Assembly: GCA_029259775.1 (NCBI GenBank)
Contig: JAJDEN010000026.1
Span: 60,059-124,058 of the forward strand
Direction of reading: 5' to 3'
Origin: Planctomycetota bacterium
GTDB lineage: Bacteria > Planctomycetota > PLA2 > JAEUHO01
Length of the DNA: 64,000 bases
The notes under the pieces: generated by a model
The model's input: only the letters and a program-made list of their open reading frames with translations
Databases searched by the model: none
Told to the model about the DNA's origin: nothing
Program-made: the position numbers and the translations under genes
Part shown: positions 49,814-59,840 of the stretch, piece by piece
Layout of the letters: every line of letters begins with the position of its first letter
How positions within the stretch are numbered: position 1 is the first letter of the stretch

Positions 49814-52800
49814 GTGGCGGGCCGTATCCAGGCCCTCCTCGGTGGAGAGAGGTCTGCCCACGTCGCCGGGCTGCATGGCGCGTCGCTCGGCCTCGTGCTG
49901 GCCCACGTCGCCGCCGCCGGCACGCCGCTGCTCGTCGTGGCCAGCGACCCCAAGTCCGTCGACGTGATCCGCCTGGACGTCGAGACGCTGCTGGGCACAC
50001 CGGCGCTGGCGCTGCCGATCTGGCCGCGGGAGGAGCGTGGTGGCCCGCCCGACAGCGAGGTCTTACAGGGCCGGGCCGCCGTGCTCGAACGCCTGCACCG
50101 CGCGCGTGGCGCAACCACACGCGAGGGCCCCGCGCCAGTCGTCGTCACGACCCTCGCGGCGCTGGCCCAGCGCGTGCCGGGTCCTGAGGTGCTCGAGGCG
50201 GCGACGCTCGCCCTCGCGCGCGGCGCGCAGCATCCCCTGCCCGTGCTGCTCGAGCATCTTGCCTCCGCAGGCTATGGCCGCGTCGGCGCCGTCGAAGCGC
50301 CCGGCGAGTTCGCCAGCCGCGGCGGCCTGCTCGACGTCTGGCCGTGGGGGTCGCCGGACCCGTCCCGTCTGGACTTCTTCGGCGACGAGCTCGAGAGCGT
50401 GCGTGCGCTCGATCCGGCCACGCAGCGCAGCGGCGAGGAGCGTGAGGAGATGCAGGTACTCGCCCTTGGGGCCGAGCGCTTTCGCGACCCGCACGGCGAC
50501 GAGGGTGCCACCTTCCTCACGGCCCACCTGCCGGACCACGCGCGCGTCGCGCTCGTCGAACAGGAAGCGCTGGTCGGCGCGGCGACATCGCTGCGCACGG
50601 GCGGCGCGGCCTCCGAGCGTGACGACGTCGCCCGCTTGGAGCGTGAGTTGGGCGCGCGCCCGGTGCTCGTCCTCTCGGAGCTGGCCCACGGCGGCGACGC
50701 GCTCGACGTCAAGGTCGGCGGCGTGGACCTGCTGCGCGGCATCGCCATGCGCAAGCGCACCGAGAAGGAGGCGCCGCGCGAGCGCGCCGAACGGATCGCC
50801 GCGGCCTTCGCCGAGCTCGGCCAGCGCGTGGAGCGCCTGGTGATCTACCGCCGCGCGGTGGGCGAGGAGGAGCGCATGCGCGAGGTGTTCGAGGAGCACC
50901 CACCTGGGCTGCCCATCGCCTGGCATACGGGTTCGCTCTCCCGCTCCTTCGTCTGGCACGCGACGAAGACGGCGCACGTCGCCTACGACGATCTGCTCGA
51001 TCTGCCGCTGCGGGAGCGACGCGGACCGCGCCAGGCCACGCCGAGCCGTCCGATCCAGGACTTCCTCGAGCTGGTCGAGGGTGGCCCGGTCGTGCACCTG
51101 CATCACGGCATCGGGCTCTACCGTGGGCTCGTCGAGCTCGAGGGCAACGAGGGCACGGGCGAGTACCTGAAGGTCGAGTTCGCCGAGGGCACGATCGTCT
51201 ACGTGCCCGTCGCGCGCATCGACCTCGTGCAGCGCTACATCGGCACGGGTCGCCGTCCGAAGCTCAGCAAGCTGGGCGGGCAGGACTGGACCAAGCGCAA
51301 GAAGAAGGTCTCAGCTGCGGTCGAGGAGCTGGCCGACCAACTGCTCGCGACACAGGCCTTGCGTGCGAAACGCCGCGGCGCCGCTCTGCCCGCCGACAGC
51401 GAGTGGCAGCTCGAGTTCGAGCACGCGTTTCCGCACCCGGCGACGCCCGACCAGACGTCGGCCGTGCGGTCGATCAAGGACGATCTCGAGGGCGACCAGC
51501 CCATGGACCGGCTGCTGTGCGGCGACGTGGGCTACGGCAAGACCGAGGTCGCGCTGCGTGCCGTGTTCAAGGTGGTCACCAACGGCCGGCAGGCCGCGAT
51601 CCTGGTGCCCACCAAGGTGCTCGCTGAGCAGCATGTGCGCGTCTTCACGCAGCGCTTGGCGCCCTATCCCCTGACCGTGCGGGCGCTCTCGGGCCTGCAC
51701 TCCGCGGCGGACAACCGCGCGACGATCGAGGGGCTCAAGGACGGCACGGTCGACCTCGTCGTCGGCACGCACCGGCTGCTCAGCAAGGACGTGGGCTTCC
51801 ACAACCTGGGCCTTGTCTGCATCGACGAGGAGCAGCGCTTCGGCGTCCAGCACAAGGAACGCCTCAAGGAGCTGCGCAGCCAGATCGACATCCTGGCACT
51901 CAGCGCGACGCCCATCCCGCGCACGCTGCACATGGCCTTGCTCGGCATTCGCGACATCAGCAACCTCACGACACCGCCCCTGGGTCGGCATCCGATCGAG
52001 ACGAAGGTGGCGCGCGAGAGCGACGAACTCGTCCAGCATGCCATTCGGCGTGAGCTCGGACGCGGCGGTCAGGTGTTCATGGTGAGCAGTCGCATCCGCG
52101 AGCTGCCGATGATCGCGAGCAACCTGATGCAGCTCGTGCCGGAGCTGCGCGTCGTCGTCATCCACGGCCAGATGGACAAGGACCTCATCGAGCAGCGCAT
52201 GCTGCGGTTCGTACGCGGCGAGGCCGACCTGATGCTCGCGACGACGATCATCGAGAGCGGGCTCGACATCCCGAACGCCAACACGATCATCCTGCGCGAC
52301 GCGGATCGCTACGGCCTGTCTGAGCTGCACCAGCTGCGCGGACGCGTCGGGCGCGAGCGCCGGCATGCGCACGCGCTAGTGCTCCTGCCCAAGGGGCGTC
52401 CGCTGCGCGACGAGGCCGCCGAGCGCCTGCGCGCCATCGAGGAGTACAGCGAGCTGGGGGCGGGCTTCCGCATCGCCATGCGGGATCTCGAGATCCGCGG
52501 CGCGGGCAATCTCCTCGGGCCGCAGCAGTCGGGGCACATCGCGGCCGTCGGCTACGACCTCTACTGCAAGTTGCTGGGCGAGGCCGTCGAGGTGGCGCGT
52601 GGCCGCTCCCAGGATGAACGCTACGAGCCCGCGTTCCTCGCCATCGACGTGCCGGGGGCCGTGCCCGACGACTACGTCGGCGACGTGCGCGAGAAGTTCC
52701 GCATCTTCCGCCGTGTTGCGGCCGCCTCGACGCGCGAGGACTTCGAGGATCTGCGCGAGGAACTCACCGACCGCTTCGGCAAGCCGCCCAAGCAGGTGCG

Positions 52801-53047
52801 CCGGTTGTTGCTCTGCCAGCGCACGCGCATCGAAGCGGGCGCGGTCGGCATCGAACGCATTGCTCCGGCGCCGAGCGATCAGCCGGGCGTCGTGTTGCAC
52901 GGTCCCGAGCCGTCCCTCGCCAAGCTACGCCGCGACGGGATCAAGCTGCGCGCGATCCAGCCGGGTCAGGCGTTCCTGCCCGTGCCGCAGGCCAAGACCG
53001 AGGAAGAAGCGCTGCAGTTCCTGGTGCGGGTGTTGCGCGCGACGTAG
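49814..53047 (+). CDS. mfd: Transcription-repair coupling factor Mfd
   Basis: GTG start. UvrB-homology N-terminal region, RNAP-interacting domain, and superfamily-2 translocase motifs: CGDVGYGKTEVALRA (Walker A), DEEQRFGV (DExx), TATPIPRTL, HGQM, ATTIIESGLDIPNANT, QLRGRVGR. TRG region present. Confidence 0.9.
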   Translation: MAGRIQALLGGERSAHVAGLHGASLGLVLAHVAAAGTPLLVVASDPKSVDVIRLDVETLLGTPALALPIWPREERGGPPDSEVLQGRAAVLERLHRARGATTREGPAPVVVTTLAALAQRVPGPEVLEAATLALARGAQHPLPVLLEHLASAGYGRVGAVEAPGEFASRGGLLDVWPWGSPDPSRLDFFGDELESVRALDPATQRSGEEREEMQVLALGAERFRDPHGDEGATFLTAHLPDHARVALVEQEALVGAATSLRTGGAASERDDVARLERELGARPVLVLSELAHGGDALDVKVGGVDLLRGIAMRKRTEKEAPRERAERIAAAFAELGQRVERLVIYRRAVGEEERMREVFEEHPPGLPIAWHTGSLSRSFVWHATKTAHVAYDDLLDLPLRERRGPRQATPSRPIQDFLELVEGGPVVHLHHGIGLYRGLVELEGNEGTGEYLKVEFAEGTIVYVPVARIDLVQRYIGTGRRPKLSKLGGQDWTKRKKKVSAAVEELADQLLATQALRAKRRGAALPADSEWQLEFEHAFPHPATPDQTSAVRSIKDDLEGDQPMDRLLCGDVGYGKTEVALRAVFKVVTNGRQAAILVPTKVLAEQHVRVFTQRLAPYPLTVRALSGLHSAADNRATIEGLKDGTVDLVVGTHRLLSKDVGFHNLGLVCIDEEQRFGVQHKERLKELRSQIDILALSATPIPRTLHMALLGIRDISNLTTPPLGRHPIETKVARESDELVQHAIRRELGRGGQVFMVSSRIRELPMIASNLMQLVPELRVVVIHGQMDKDLIEQRMLRFVRGEADLMLATTIIESGLDIPNANTIILRDADRYGLSELHQLRGRVGRERRHAHALVLLPKGRPLRDEAAERLRAIEEYSELGAGFRIAMRDLEIRGAGNLLGPQQSGHIAAVGYDLYCKLLGEAVEVARGRSQDERYEPAFLAIDVPGAVPDDYVGDVREKFRIFRRVAAASTREDFEDLREELTDRFGKPPKQVRRLLLCQRTRIEAGAVGIERIAPAPSDQPGVVLHGPEPSLAKLRRDGIKLRAIQPGQAFLPVPQAKTEEEALQFLVRVLRAT

Positions 53048-53069
53048 GGGCGGACGCCTCGCGGCCGCA

Positions 53070-53256
53070 CCGTGGTAGGGGCGACCCTTGTGGTCGCCCG
53101 GTACGCCATCTCCGTCGTGTGCCATTACGGGTAGGGGCGACCCTTGTGGTCGCCCGCGTACCGCCTGACTCGTTGGGCGGGGACAAGCCCCGCCCCTACG
53201 TGGTACGTCCCGATGTCGCTGCACGCGCTCGGGCGGGGACAAGCGCCGCCCCTACG
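53070..53256. repeat. Cluster of four REP-like palindromic hairpin repeats (GTAGGGGCGACCCTTGTGGTCGCCC family) in alternating orientation
   Basis: gtaggggcgacccttgtggtcgcccg at 53078-53103 and 53132-53157. Inverted-orientation relatives gggcggggacaagccccgcccctacg at 53174-53200 and gggcggggacaagcgccgcccctacg at 53229-53255. Located between convergent mfd and the 53252 (-) gene. A related copy is at 62053-62075. Confidence 0.65.
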
Positions 53257-54424
53257 GCACCTCCAGCACGCGGTCGGTCGCCGGACTCGCGAGCGTGTGC
53301 TCGAAGTCGAGGTCCGCGTAGCCCTTCAGGCGCACCTGCACCTGGATCGGGATGTCGCGGAAGCCGGGCTCGCGGCCGTTCTGCGGCACCAGCACCGGCG
53401 TGCACGTCGCGGTCAGCGTGGCGCCGGCGTCGACCGCACGTCGACCGTCCGGCAGGCGCACCGTGTCGTGCAGGTCGTTCAGCGGAGGCACCACCGCGAC
53501 GTAGGTGAGGTCGCGCGTCGTGTCGCGGCCCGCATGGATCGAGAACTTCGTGCCGTGGGCGTGTACGTACCACGTCGAGGAGCGGCTGTTGTAGCGCTCA
53601 GGCTCGCGCGCCCTCAGCACGTGGAAGGTTCCGTTCACTGCCGTGATGTCCTTCTTCGCACCGAGGCCGGGACCACAGCCGCACCCGATCCAGCTGCTGT
53701 AGTCGCGGTCCAGGAGGCCCTTGCGCAGGGCGCGCTCCTTCACCCAGTCTGGCGTGTCCGGCTGGGTCGACGAGCTGCCGCCACCACCGGACTGCTTCTG
53801 GGCGCGCTCGACGAGCCGTCCGGCCACGTCGTAGATGCGTAGCCGGACGTCGAAGCGGCGGGGCACGGGGAGTACGAGGCGCACCTCGGTACGATCGCCG
53901 CCGACCTCGAACGCAGCCGGGTCCTCGGAACCCTTGCGCTGCCGATGGGCGTGGATCCGGTAGCGGCCGGGCGCAAGACGCGGCACGTCCACGCGGCCCT
54001 TCGTGGCCTCGACGTTCTCGATCTTGCGGTCGCCGGCCAGCCAGCCGGCGTTGCCCGGCTCCCCGATGCGGTAGAGGTCCAACTGCGTGTCGAACGGCGT
54101 CTCGTCGGTGTCGGACACGAGTTCGAGCGCCAGGACGCAGGTGCCGCGCTGGACGGGATCCGGCGGCGCGGCGTCCAGCGTGATGAGTTCGTCGTCCTCG
54201 ATCTCTTCCATCTCCGGGCTCGGGACGAGGGGGCCGTCCTCGGCCGTCTCCTTGCTCGGTTCGACGGGCCGGATGCCGCGCAGCAGCGGCGGCGGCGTGG
54301 CGGTGGGGGCCCCGGACTCCGCGGTGCGGAGCAGGGGGACACCGGCGTCCGACGGCTGAAGGACGACGGCCAGCACACCGGCGAGGCTGAGCAGGGCGGC
54401 GAGCGCGATGAACATGCGACTCAT
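53252..54424 (-). CDS. Secreted hypothetical protein
   Basis: Signal peptide MSRMFIALAALLSLAGVLAVVLQPSDA. High GC3, no recognisable domain. The C-terminal codons overlap the last REP-like hairpin. Confidence 0.6.
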   Translation of the reverse strand: MSRMFIALAALLSLAGVLAVVLQPSDAGVPLLRTAESGAPTATPPPLLRGIRPVEPSKETAEDGPLVPSPEMEEIEDDELITLDAAPPDPVQRGTCVLALELVSDTDETPFDTQLDLYRIGEPGNAGWLAGDRKIENVEATKGRVDVPRLAPGRYRIHAHRQRKGSEDPAAFEVGGDRTEVRLVLPVPRRFDVRLRIYDVAGRLVERAQKQSGGGGSSSTQPDTPDWVKERALRKGLLDRDYSSWIGCGCGPGLGAKKDITAVNGTFHVLRAREPERYNSRSSTWYVHAHGTKFSIHAGRDTTRDLTYVAVVPPLNDLHDTVRLPDGRRAVDAGATLTATCTPVLVPQNGREPGFRDIPIQVQVRLKGYADLDFEHTLASPATDRVLEVP

Positions 54425-54493
54425 GACCCCGTCAACGCGGAACCGCTCCGGAGGTTCACGGGCGTTGTCGCGCGCGGGAACCGCTGCGCCTGC

Positions 54494-55525
54494 CTACTGC
54501 ACATGCTCCTTGTGCGTCAGAGCGGCCACGTTGTTCCTGTAGAGCCACACGTACTGAGGGCCGGCGTACGAGGCGAGCATGGTCAAGGCCGTGGTCAGCG
54601 GGACGTCCTTCAGCTCTAGAACGCTGATGGGGTTGCGCTCGACCTCTGCAACGCTCCGAGGGTCGATCATGAGGTTGAAGCCCGTCTGGATCTGCAGCGT
54701 GCGGATCACGTCGCGAAGCGATTGGCCCCGGACCGACAGGTTCACGTTGGTCTTGGCGAACTTGGCCTGCAGCGCCTTGCCGGCGTCATTCACGGCCCGC
54801 CGCTCGCGTTCGGACGCGAGCCAGCGATCGATCGCGTCGTGCACGGCCTTGGAGCCGCGCACGATCAGGATGCCGTTGCGGACCTCGATCGTGACGTCCT
54901 CGCGATCCCAGTACGTGGGGTGGACTGCCTTGCGGATGTCATCGGCCAGGTCTCGAGCCGGCGGGCCACTGGGGGCCTTGACGGGTTCGTCGATGAATTT
55001 GTTGTAGCTGAAGTTCTGGATGTTCACCGACAGGTCCTTCACATCGAAGTAGCGCAGCCGGATGTCCCCGTCGATCTCCTCGTTCGTGAGGATCCAGATC
55101 ACGCCCTTGCGCACCTCCCAGCGCATCTCGAAGGGCTCGGTCACCACGGATTCCAGGATCGTCTTGACCGACACGTCATCCAGTTGCGCACTGATGATGA
55201 CGTCTTCGAACATCTCCTCGCGCACCTTGGGCGATATGTGGAACTTGTGGCCCGTGATCGCCTGCAAGTACGTGACGGCTGCGTCGAGGTTCACCTCTTC
55301 CCAGTCCAGCCCCTTCACGCGCTTCTTCGACAGCGCGACCACGATGCGGTCATCAGGCGTGAGGTAGGACGCCGCATCCCGCTTCGCGCGGGCGGGCGGC
55401 GCTAGCTCGACCGCCGTGGGCCCGCGATCCTGGGCGCACGGGTTGGAGTCGGGCGGCGGACAGCAGCACCCGGCCGTATTGGAGAGCAGGAGGCATACGA
55501 GCACGCAGCACGACAGGGTCTTCAT
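54494..55525 (-). CDS. Lipoprotein with two STN-like (secretin/TonB N-terminal short) domains
   Basis: Start at ATG 55525 (MKTLSCCVLVCLLLSNTAGCC). AVTYLQAITGHKFHISPKV and VNLSVRGQSLRDVIRTLQIQTGFNLMIDP resemble STN-domain motifs. The 566-aa ORF-track version has a long improbable N-terminal extension. Confidence 0.6.
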   Translation of the reverse strand: MKTLSCCVLVCLLLSNTAGCCCPPPDSNPCAQDRGPTAVELAPPARAKRDAASYLTPDDRIVVALSKKRVKGLDWEEVNLDAAVTYLQAITGHKFHISPKVREEMFEDVIISAQLDDVSVKTILESVVTEPFEMRWEVRKGVIWILTNEEIDGDIRLRYFDVKDLSVNIQNFSYNKFIDEPVKAPSGPPARDLADDIRKAVHPTYWDREDVTIEVRNGILIVRGSKAVHDAIDRWLASERERRAVNDAGKALQAKFAKTNVNLSVRGQSLRDVIRTLQIQTGFNLMIDPRSVAEVERNPISVLELKDVPLTTALTMLASYAGPQYVWLYRNNVAALTHKEHVQ

Positions 55526-55672
55526 GGGGCCAGCGTGCTCCGCGGGCGTAATCCTCGCATCACGCGGCCAGGCGAGGCGCCCCGGGCCACCGACTCGGGG
55601 CCTGGTCACCTCGCGGTCACCCCCCGTAGAGCGGTTCGTGAGGACGGCCCCCGGCGCAGCTATTCTGCTCGG

Positions 55673-56878
55673 ATGGTCATCCGGTGGGTCGTCGTTCTCG
55701 GGTTCGTCTGCACGCTCTGCCTTCCGGGCTGCAGCTCCGACGACGAGGTGCGTCCGTCGCCCATCCCTGCGGACTACGCCCAGCGCCTCCGGGCACGTGG
55801 CCAGCAGCCGACGGCCCGCACGACGGGCGGTCGCACGGTAGATGCCGTGCTCGCTGTGGTCGACGGTGAGGTCCTGACCCGCCGCAAGGTGCTGCGCCGC
55901 CTGCGCCTGACCGAAGCCGATGTGGCCAAGGGGGACGTCGAAGAGGAGATCAAGGGCGCGCGCAAGGACTGGGCGCGCCAGCGCTTGATCATGGCCGCCG
56001 CCCGCCGGCGCGGTCTGAACATCCCGCCGCAGGCCGTCGACGACATCGCCGAGGAGCAGCTCGAGGGCGAGATGAAGAAGAACGTCGAGGCGACCGGCGA
56101 GGTCCTCGACCGGGACAGTTACCTCAAGGCGCGCAATCTCTCGTGGCGCGAGTACCGCGAGCAGATCAAGGGGCTCGTCATCGACGAGTACCACCTGCGC
56201 ATGATCACGCGCGGCATCGGCGGCGCCCGACCCGAGCTGGACTACGCCGTCTCACCGGCCGAGGTGCGGCGCATCTACTACGACAACCGCGCGGGCTTCG
56301 ATCAGCCGCACGGCGTGCGCATGGCGATCCTGCGTTTCCCGCTGGAGCGCTTCGAGCGGGAGGGTTTGGACCTGATCGAGGTCGAGACGATGGCGATGCG
56401 CGCGGCCGAGGCCGCGCGGGCCGACCTGCAGCGCGGCGTGGCGGTCGAGGACGTGATCCAACGCCACGGCCTGCGCGAGGCCGACCACCAGGTCTCGCCC
56501 AAGGACGCCTTCATCCCCAAGCCGGAGGCCCAGCCGGGCCGTCCCCCGGGCGACGACGTGAAGTTCCTCTTCGATCCCCGCCGCCGCCCCGGCGACGCGC
56601 AGGTCTTCCCGCTGGGGGACGGACCTCACGTCATCGGCGTCGTCGAGATCCAGGACGCCCGCCGACGCGAGCTGTCTGAGGTCTACGACCAGATCGTCGG
56701 TTTCGTGCAGCAGGGCAAGATGCTCCGGGCGCGCTCACAGCTCGTCATCCACCAGCTCAGTCGCGGCGAGAGCGTCGTCTGGCCGCAGGACCTTGCGGAC
56801 GAACTGCTGGCCGACGCCCGCGACAAGATGGCGCAGATGGCGAAGGACCCCGTACTCGGCAAGGCCCGCCTGCGGTGA
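55673..56878 (+). CDS. SurA-N-terminal-domain-like periplasmic chaperone-type lipoprotein
   Basis: MVIRWVVVLGFVCTLCLPGCSS lipobox. ...VDAVLAVVDGEVLTRRKV... is typical of the SurA_N chaperone domain. No clear PPIase signature. Confidence 0.6.
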   Translation: MVIRWVVVLGFVCTLCLPGCSSDDEVRPSPIPADYAQRLRARGQQPTARTTGGRTVDAVLAVVDGEVLTRRKVLRRLRLTEADVAKGDVEEEIKGARKDWARQRLIMAAARRRGLNIPPQAVDDIAEEQLEGEMKKNVEATGEVLDRDSYLKARNLSWREYREQIKGLVIDEYHLRMITRGIGGARPELDYAVSPAEVRRIYYDNRAGFDQPHGVRMAILRFPLERFEREGLDLIEVETMAMRAAEAARADLQRGVAVEDVIQRHGLREADHQVSPKDAFIPKPEAQPGRPPGDDVKFLFDPRRRPGDAQVFPLGDGPHVIGVVEIQDARRRELSEVYDQIVGFVQQGKMLRARSQLVIHQLSRGESVVWPQDLADELLADARDKMAQMAKDPVLGKARLR

Positions 56879-57948
56879 GGGGTGTCGCGCTCACGACGGC
56901 GCTGGCCTTGCTGCTTGCGCTGGCGAGCGCCTTCTTCGCCGTCCGCTCGCTGGATGTCGAGACCGGACCGCGCGTGCTGCAGGGGGTGTACACGTCCGGC
57001 GACGCGGGAGAGGCCCGTGCGTTGATCGTGAAGCTCGCCCAGGGCCTCATGGGCATGCAGGCGAGCGACGGCGGCTACACCCTCCGGGATGGCGAGCACT
57101 TCAACGCCAACATCGAGCGTGTGGCGGCCGCGTCGTTCGCCACGATGGCGCTCGGGCGCGTGCGCAACCTGGCTCCCGACGTGACGGTCGACGGCATCGA
57201 TGCGGCGATCGCGCGCGGGCTCGACTTCATCAAGAAGCAGCAGACGTCCGCCGGCGCGATCGGCATCGAGGAACCGCACGACCGCTGGTCGCAGGTCGAT
57301 GCCACGTCAGCCGCCGTGCTCGCGCTGACGCTCGGCGGTCGACCTGACGACGAGACGGCGCTGCTCGCGGCGGGCAAGGCGCTCAAGCGCTTTGCCCGCG
57401 CGGGCTTGCGCAACGGCTGGACACGCGCACTGGGCACGATGGCCGTCGAGCGCATCGCCGCCCTCGGTCGGGACGACGTCTTCGACGGCAACCCGCGCGG
57501 CCTCGCGGACCTCCGCGATCTCAAGAAGGTGCGCGACGGCCCGCTGCAGACGAGCGACTGGAACATCGCCGAGGGCATTTCGCGGGTGGTGCTGGGACTG
57601 CGCAAGGGCGCGGACCCGTTCCCGGCCCGCCTGGTGCTCGCGATCCTGGACGATCCGCCTGTCTGGGACGCCCAGAGCGGCGACTGCCAGAGCCTCTGGA
57701 TGCAGTCCTGGCTCGTCGCTCGGTCCGGCGCGGGACGCTCCCGAGGGTGGTTCGCCGACCTCCTCGAGGCCTTCCAGAAGGAGGCCGTGGAGGCCGACGG
57801 GACCATCCACGGGGGCTACTATGCGAACGGGATCAGCCAGACGGCCGGCGCCATCCTGGCGCTCACCGAGGGCCTGATGACGCAAGTCGTTGCCCTGGAT
57901 GGGGTTGGGGCGATCCCGGGGAAGAGCGAGAAATCTGCGGAGCGGTGA
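56875..57948 (+). CDS. Prenyltransferase/squalene-oxidase-repeat (alpha/alpha-toroid, terpene-cyclase-like) secreted protein
   Basis: GTG start overlapping the upstream stop (GTGA). Signal peptide. QxxxGGY/QxxxGxW-type repeats (MQASDGGYT, QQTSAGAIG). Confidence 0.6.
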   Translation: MRGVALTTALALLLALASAFFAVRSLDVETGPRVLQGVYTSGDAGEARALIVKLAQGLMGMQASDGGYTLRDGEHFNANIERVAAASFATMALGRVRNLAPDVTVDGIDAAIARGLDFIKKQQTSAGAIGIEEPHDRWSQVDATSAAVLALTLGGRPDDETALLAAGKALKRFARAGLRNGWTRALGTMAVERIAALGRDDVFDGNPRGLADLRDLKKVRDGPLQTSDWNIAEGISRVVLGLRKGADPFPARLVLAILDDPPVWDAQSGDCQSLWMQSWLVARSGAGRSRGWFADLLEAFQKEAVEADGTIHGGYYANGISQTAGAILALTEGLMTQVVALDGVGAIPGKSEKSAER

Positions 57949-57969
57949 ACCGCTCCGGCCCGTCCCCGT

Positions 57970-57997
57970 TTGATTGGACGTAGGCAAACCCTACAAT
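57970..57997 (+). promoter_or_regulatory. Sigma70-like promoter TTGATT-N16-TACAAT
   Basis: Read directly. Located 140 bp upstream of the 58139 gene start. Confidence 0.3.
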
Positions 57998-58138
57998 GCG
58001 GCGCGGCTGCCGCATGCCGTGTGGCCCGTTCGCTTGCGAGCGGTCCACCGGAGCGATCCCGATCCACGGCAGTCCAGATAGACCCGGCATGCAGCTACGA
58101 CCTGCCATGCCGCCAGACCTTGCGAAGCGGAGAGACCG

Positions 58139-59743
58139 ATGTCCAGGAACGAGCGCTACCAGCACGACTACGCCTTCGCCCAGCAAGGGGACTTCAACGA
58201 GCAGCTCTACCTCGCGCTCAAGCAGAGCCCTTGGTGGATGATCTCGATCGCGATCCACGTGCTCATCTTCTTCATCATGACCCTGTTCGATACGTCGGAC
58301 GGCTCCGGCAAGAAGAAGAAGGTCATCCAGACCAACATGGCCGCCGAGACGGTCGAAGAGGATCTGGAGGACACCGAAGAGGACACCGAAGAGGTCCACG
58401 AGCAGGAGATCGTCGCCGAGGAGCCCGTCATCAAGGACGAGGAGATCGCCGACCACGTCGAGACCGACAACGACCTCCCGTACGAGGAGAGCTTCGGTCA
58501 GAGCGAGGGTCTCAGCGACGCGCCCTTCGAGGGTCCGGCCAACAACGGCACGATCGGCATCGGCGGCGGCGCCGGTGGTGCGTTCAAGGGCCGCGGTGGC
58601 GGACGTGACCTCGGCACAGGTGGCGGTGGTCGCAAGAAGTTCGACGACGCCGTCGATGACGCCCTGCGCTGGCTGGCTGCGCACCAGTCGTCCAACGGTG
58701 GCTGGGAAGCCGCCGGCTTCAACCAGTGGTGTGACGGCAAGCCCGTCGGCGACGCCAGCAAGCGCCCCGACGGTCTCGGCAAGGCGCTTTATGATCCGGG
58801 CGTCACCGGGCTCGCGCTCTGCGCGTTCCTGGGCGCCGGCTACACGAACCGCGGCAAGCACCCCTTCGCCAAGGTCGTCTCGCGCGGTCTCCGCTACCTG
58901 AAGAACATCCAGGACCCGGAGGGCTGCTTCGGCCCGCGTTCGACGCAGCAGTACATCTACAACCACGCGACGGCCGCCCTGGCCATGGTCGAGGCGTACG
59001 GCATGACCGGCAGCCCGATCTTCAAGGGCTCGGCCCAGCGTTGCCTGGACTTCATCGCCCTGGCTCGCAACCCGTACTTCGCTTGGCGCTACGGCATCAA
59101 GCCGGGTGACAACGACACGTCGGTGTCGGGCTGGATGATGATGGCGCTCAAGAGCGCGCAGCTGATCAACGGGGACTCGGTCAAGCGCGGCAAGCCTGCG
59201 CCGCTGACGATCGACGAGTCCGCGTTCGACGGCCTCAAGGCCTGGCTCGACAAGGTCACAGACCCGGACTACGGCCGCGTCGGCTACGTCCAGCGCGGTA
59301 CGGGCCCGGCTCGCCCGCAGGAGCTGGTCGACCGCTTCCCCGGTGAGAAGTCGGAGTCGATGACGGCTGCCGCGATGCTGGCCCGCACCTTCATGGGGGA
59401 GGATCCCCGCAAGAGCAAGATGATCAAGCTGGGTGCAGATCTCTGCGCCAAGCTGGCCCCGACCTGGAACAAGGCCGACGGCTCGATCGACATGTACTAC
59501 TGGTACTACGCCACGCTCGCGATGTTCCAGGTCGGCGGCAAGCACTGGGACATCTGGAAGAAGGGCATGGAGAAGGCCATGGTCGAGACCCAGCGGAAGG
59601 ACTCGGACTACTGCCAGTACAAGGGCAGTTGGGATCCGGTCGGCCCGTGGGGTCCGGACGGCGGTCGCGTGTACAGCACGGCGATCCTCGCTCTCTGCCT
59701 CGAGGTGTTCTACCGCTATGACCGGGTGTTCGGAGCCAAGTAG
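58139..59743 (+). CDS. Membrane-anchored terpene-cyclase/prenyltransferase-like (alpha/alpha-toroid) protein with acidic and Gly-rich linker
   Basis: TM helix WWMISIAIHVLIFFIMTLF. Acidic EEDLEDTEEDTEE and GGGAGGAFKGRGGG linkers. Then QW-type repeats QSSNGGWE, QDPEGCF, plus NPYFAWRYG and DYGRVGYVQ. Confidence 0.65.
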   Translation: MSRNERYQHDYAFAQQGDFNEQLYLALKQSPWWMISIAIHVLIFFIMTLFDTSDGSGKKKKVIQTNMAAETVEEDLEDTEEDTEEVHEQEIVAEEPVIKDEEIADHVETDNDLPYEESFGQSEGLSDAPFEGPANNGTIGIGGGAGGAFKGRGGGRDLGTGGGGRKKFDDAVDDALRWLAAHQSSNGGWEAAGFNQWCDGKPVGDASKRPDGLGKALYDPGVTGLALCAFLGAGYTNRGKHPFAKVVSRGLRYLKNIQDPEGCFGPRSTQQYIYNHATAALAMVEAYGMTGSPIFKGSAQRCLDFIALARNPYFAWRYGIKPGDNDTSVSGWMMMALKSAQLINGDSVKRGKPAPLTIDESAFDGLKAWLDKVTDPDYGRVGYVQRGTGPARPQELVDRFPGEKSESMTAAAMLARTFMGEDPRKSKMIKLGADLCAKLAPTWNKADGSIDMYYWYYATLAMFQVGGKHWDIWKKGMEKAMVETQRKDSDYCQYKGSWDPVGPWGPDGGRVYSTAILALCLEVFYRYDRVFGAK

Positions 59744-59840
59744 CGAAGCGGAGCTTCGCTACTTGCAGGTTCGCGCAGCGAACCTGTCCGCTCCGAACAA
59801 TCATTGCTAGGGGGCTGACGCCCCCTGCGGCGATGCGCTT

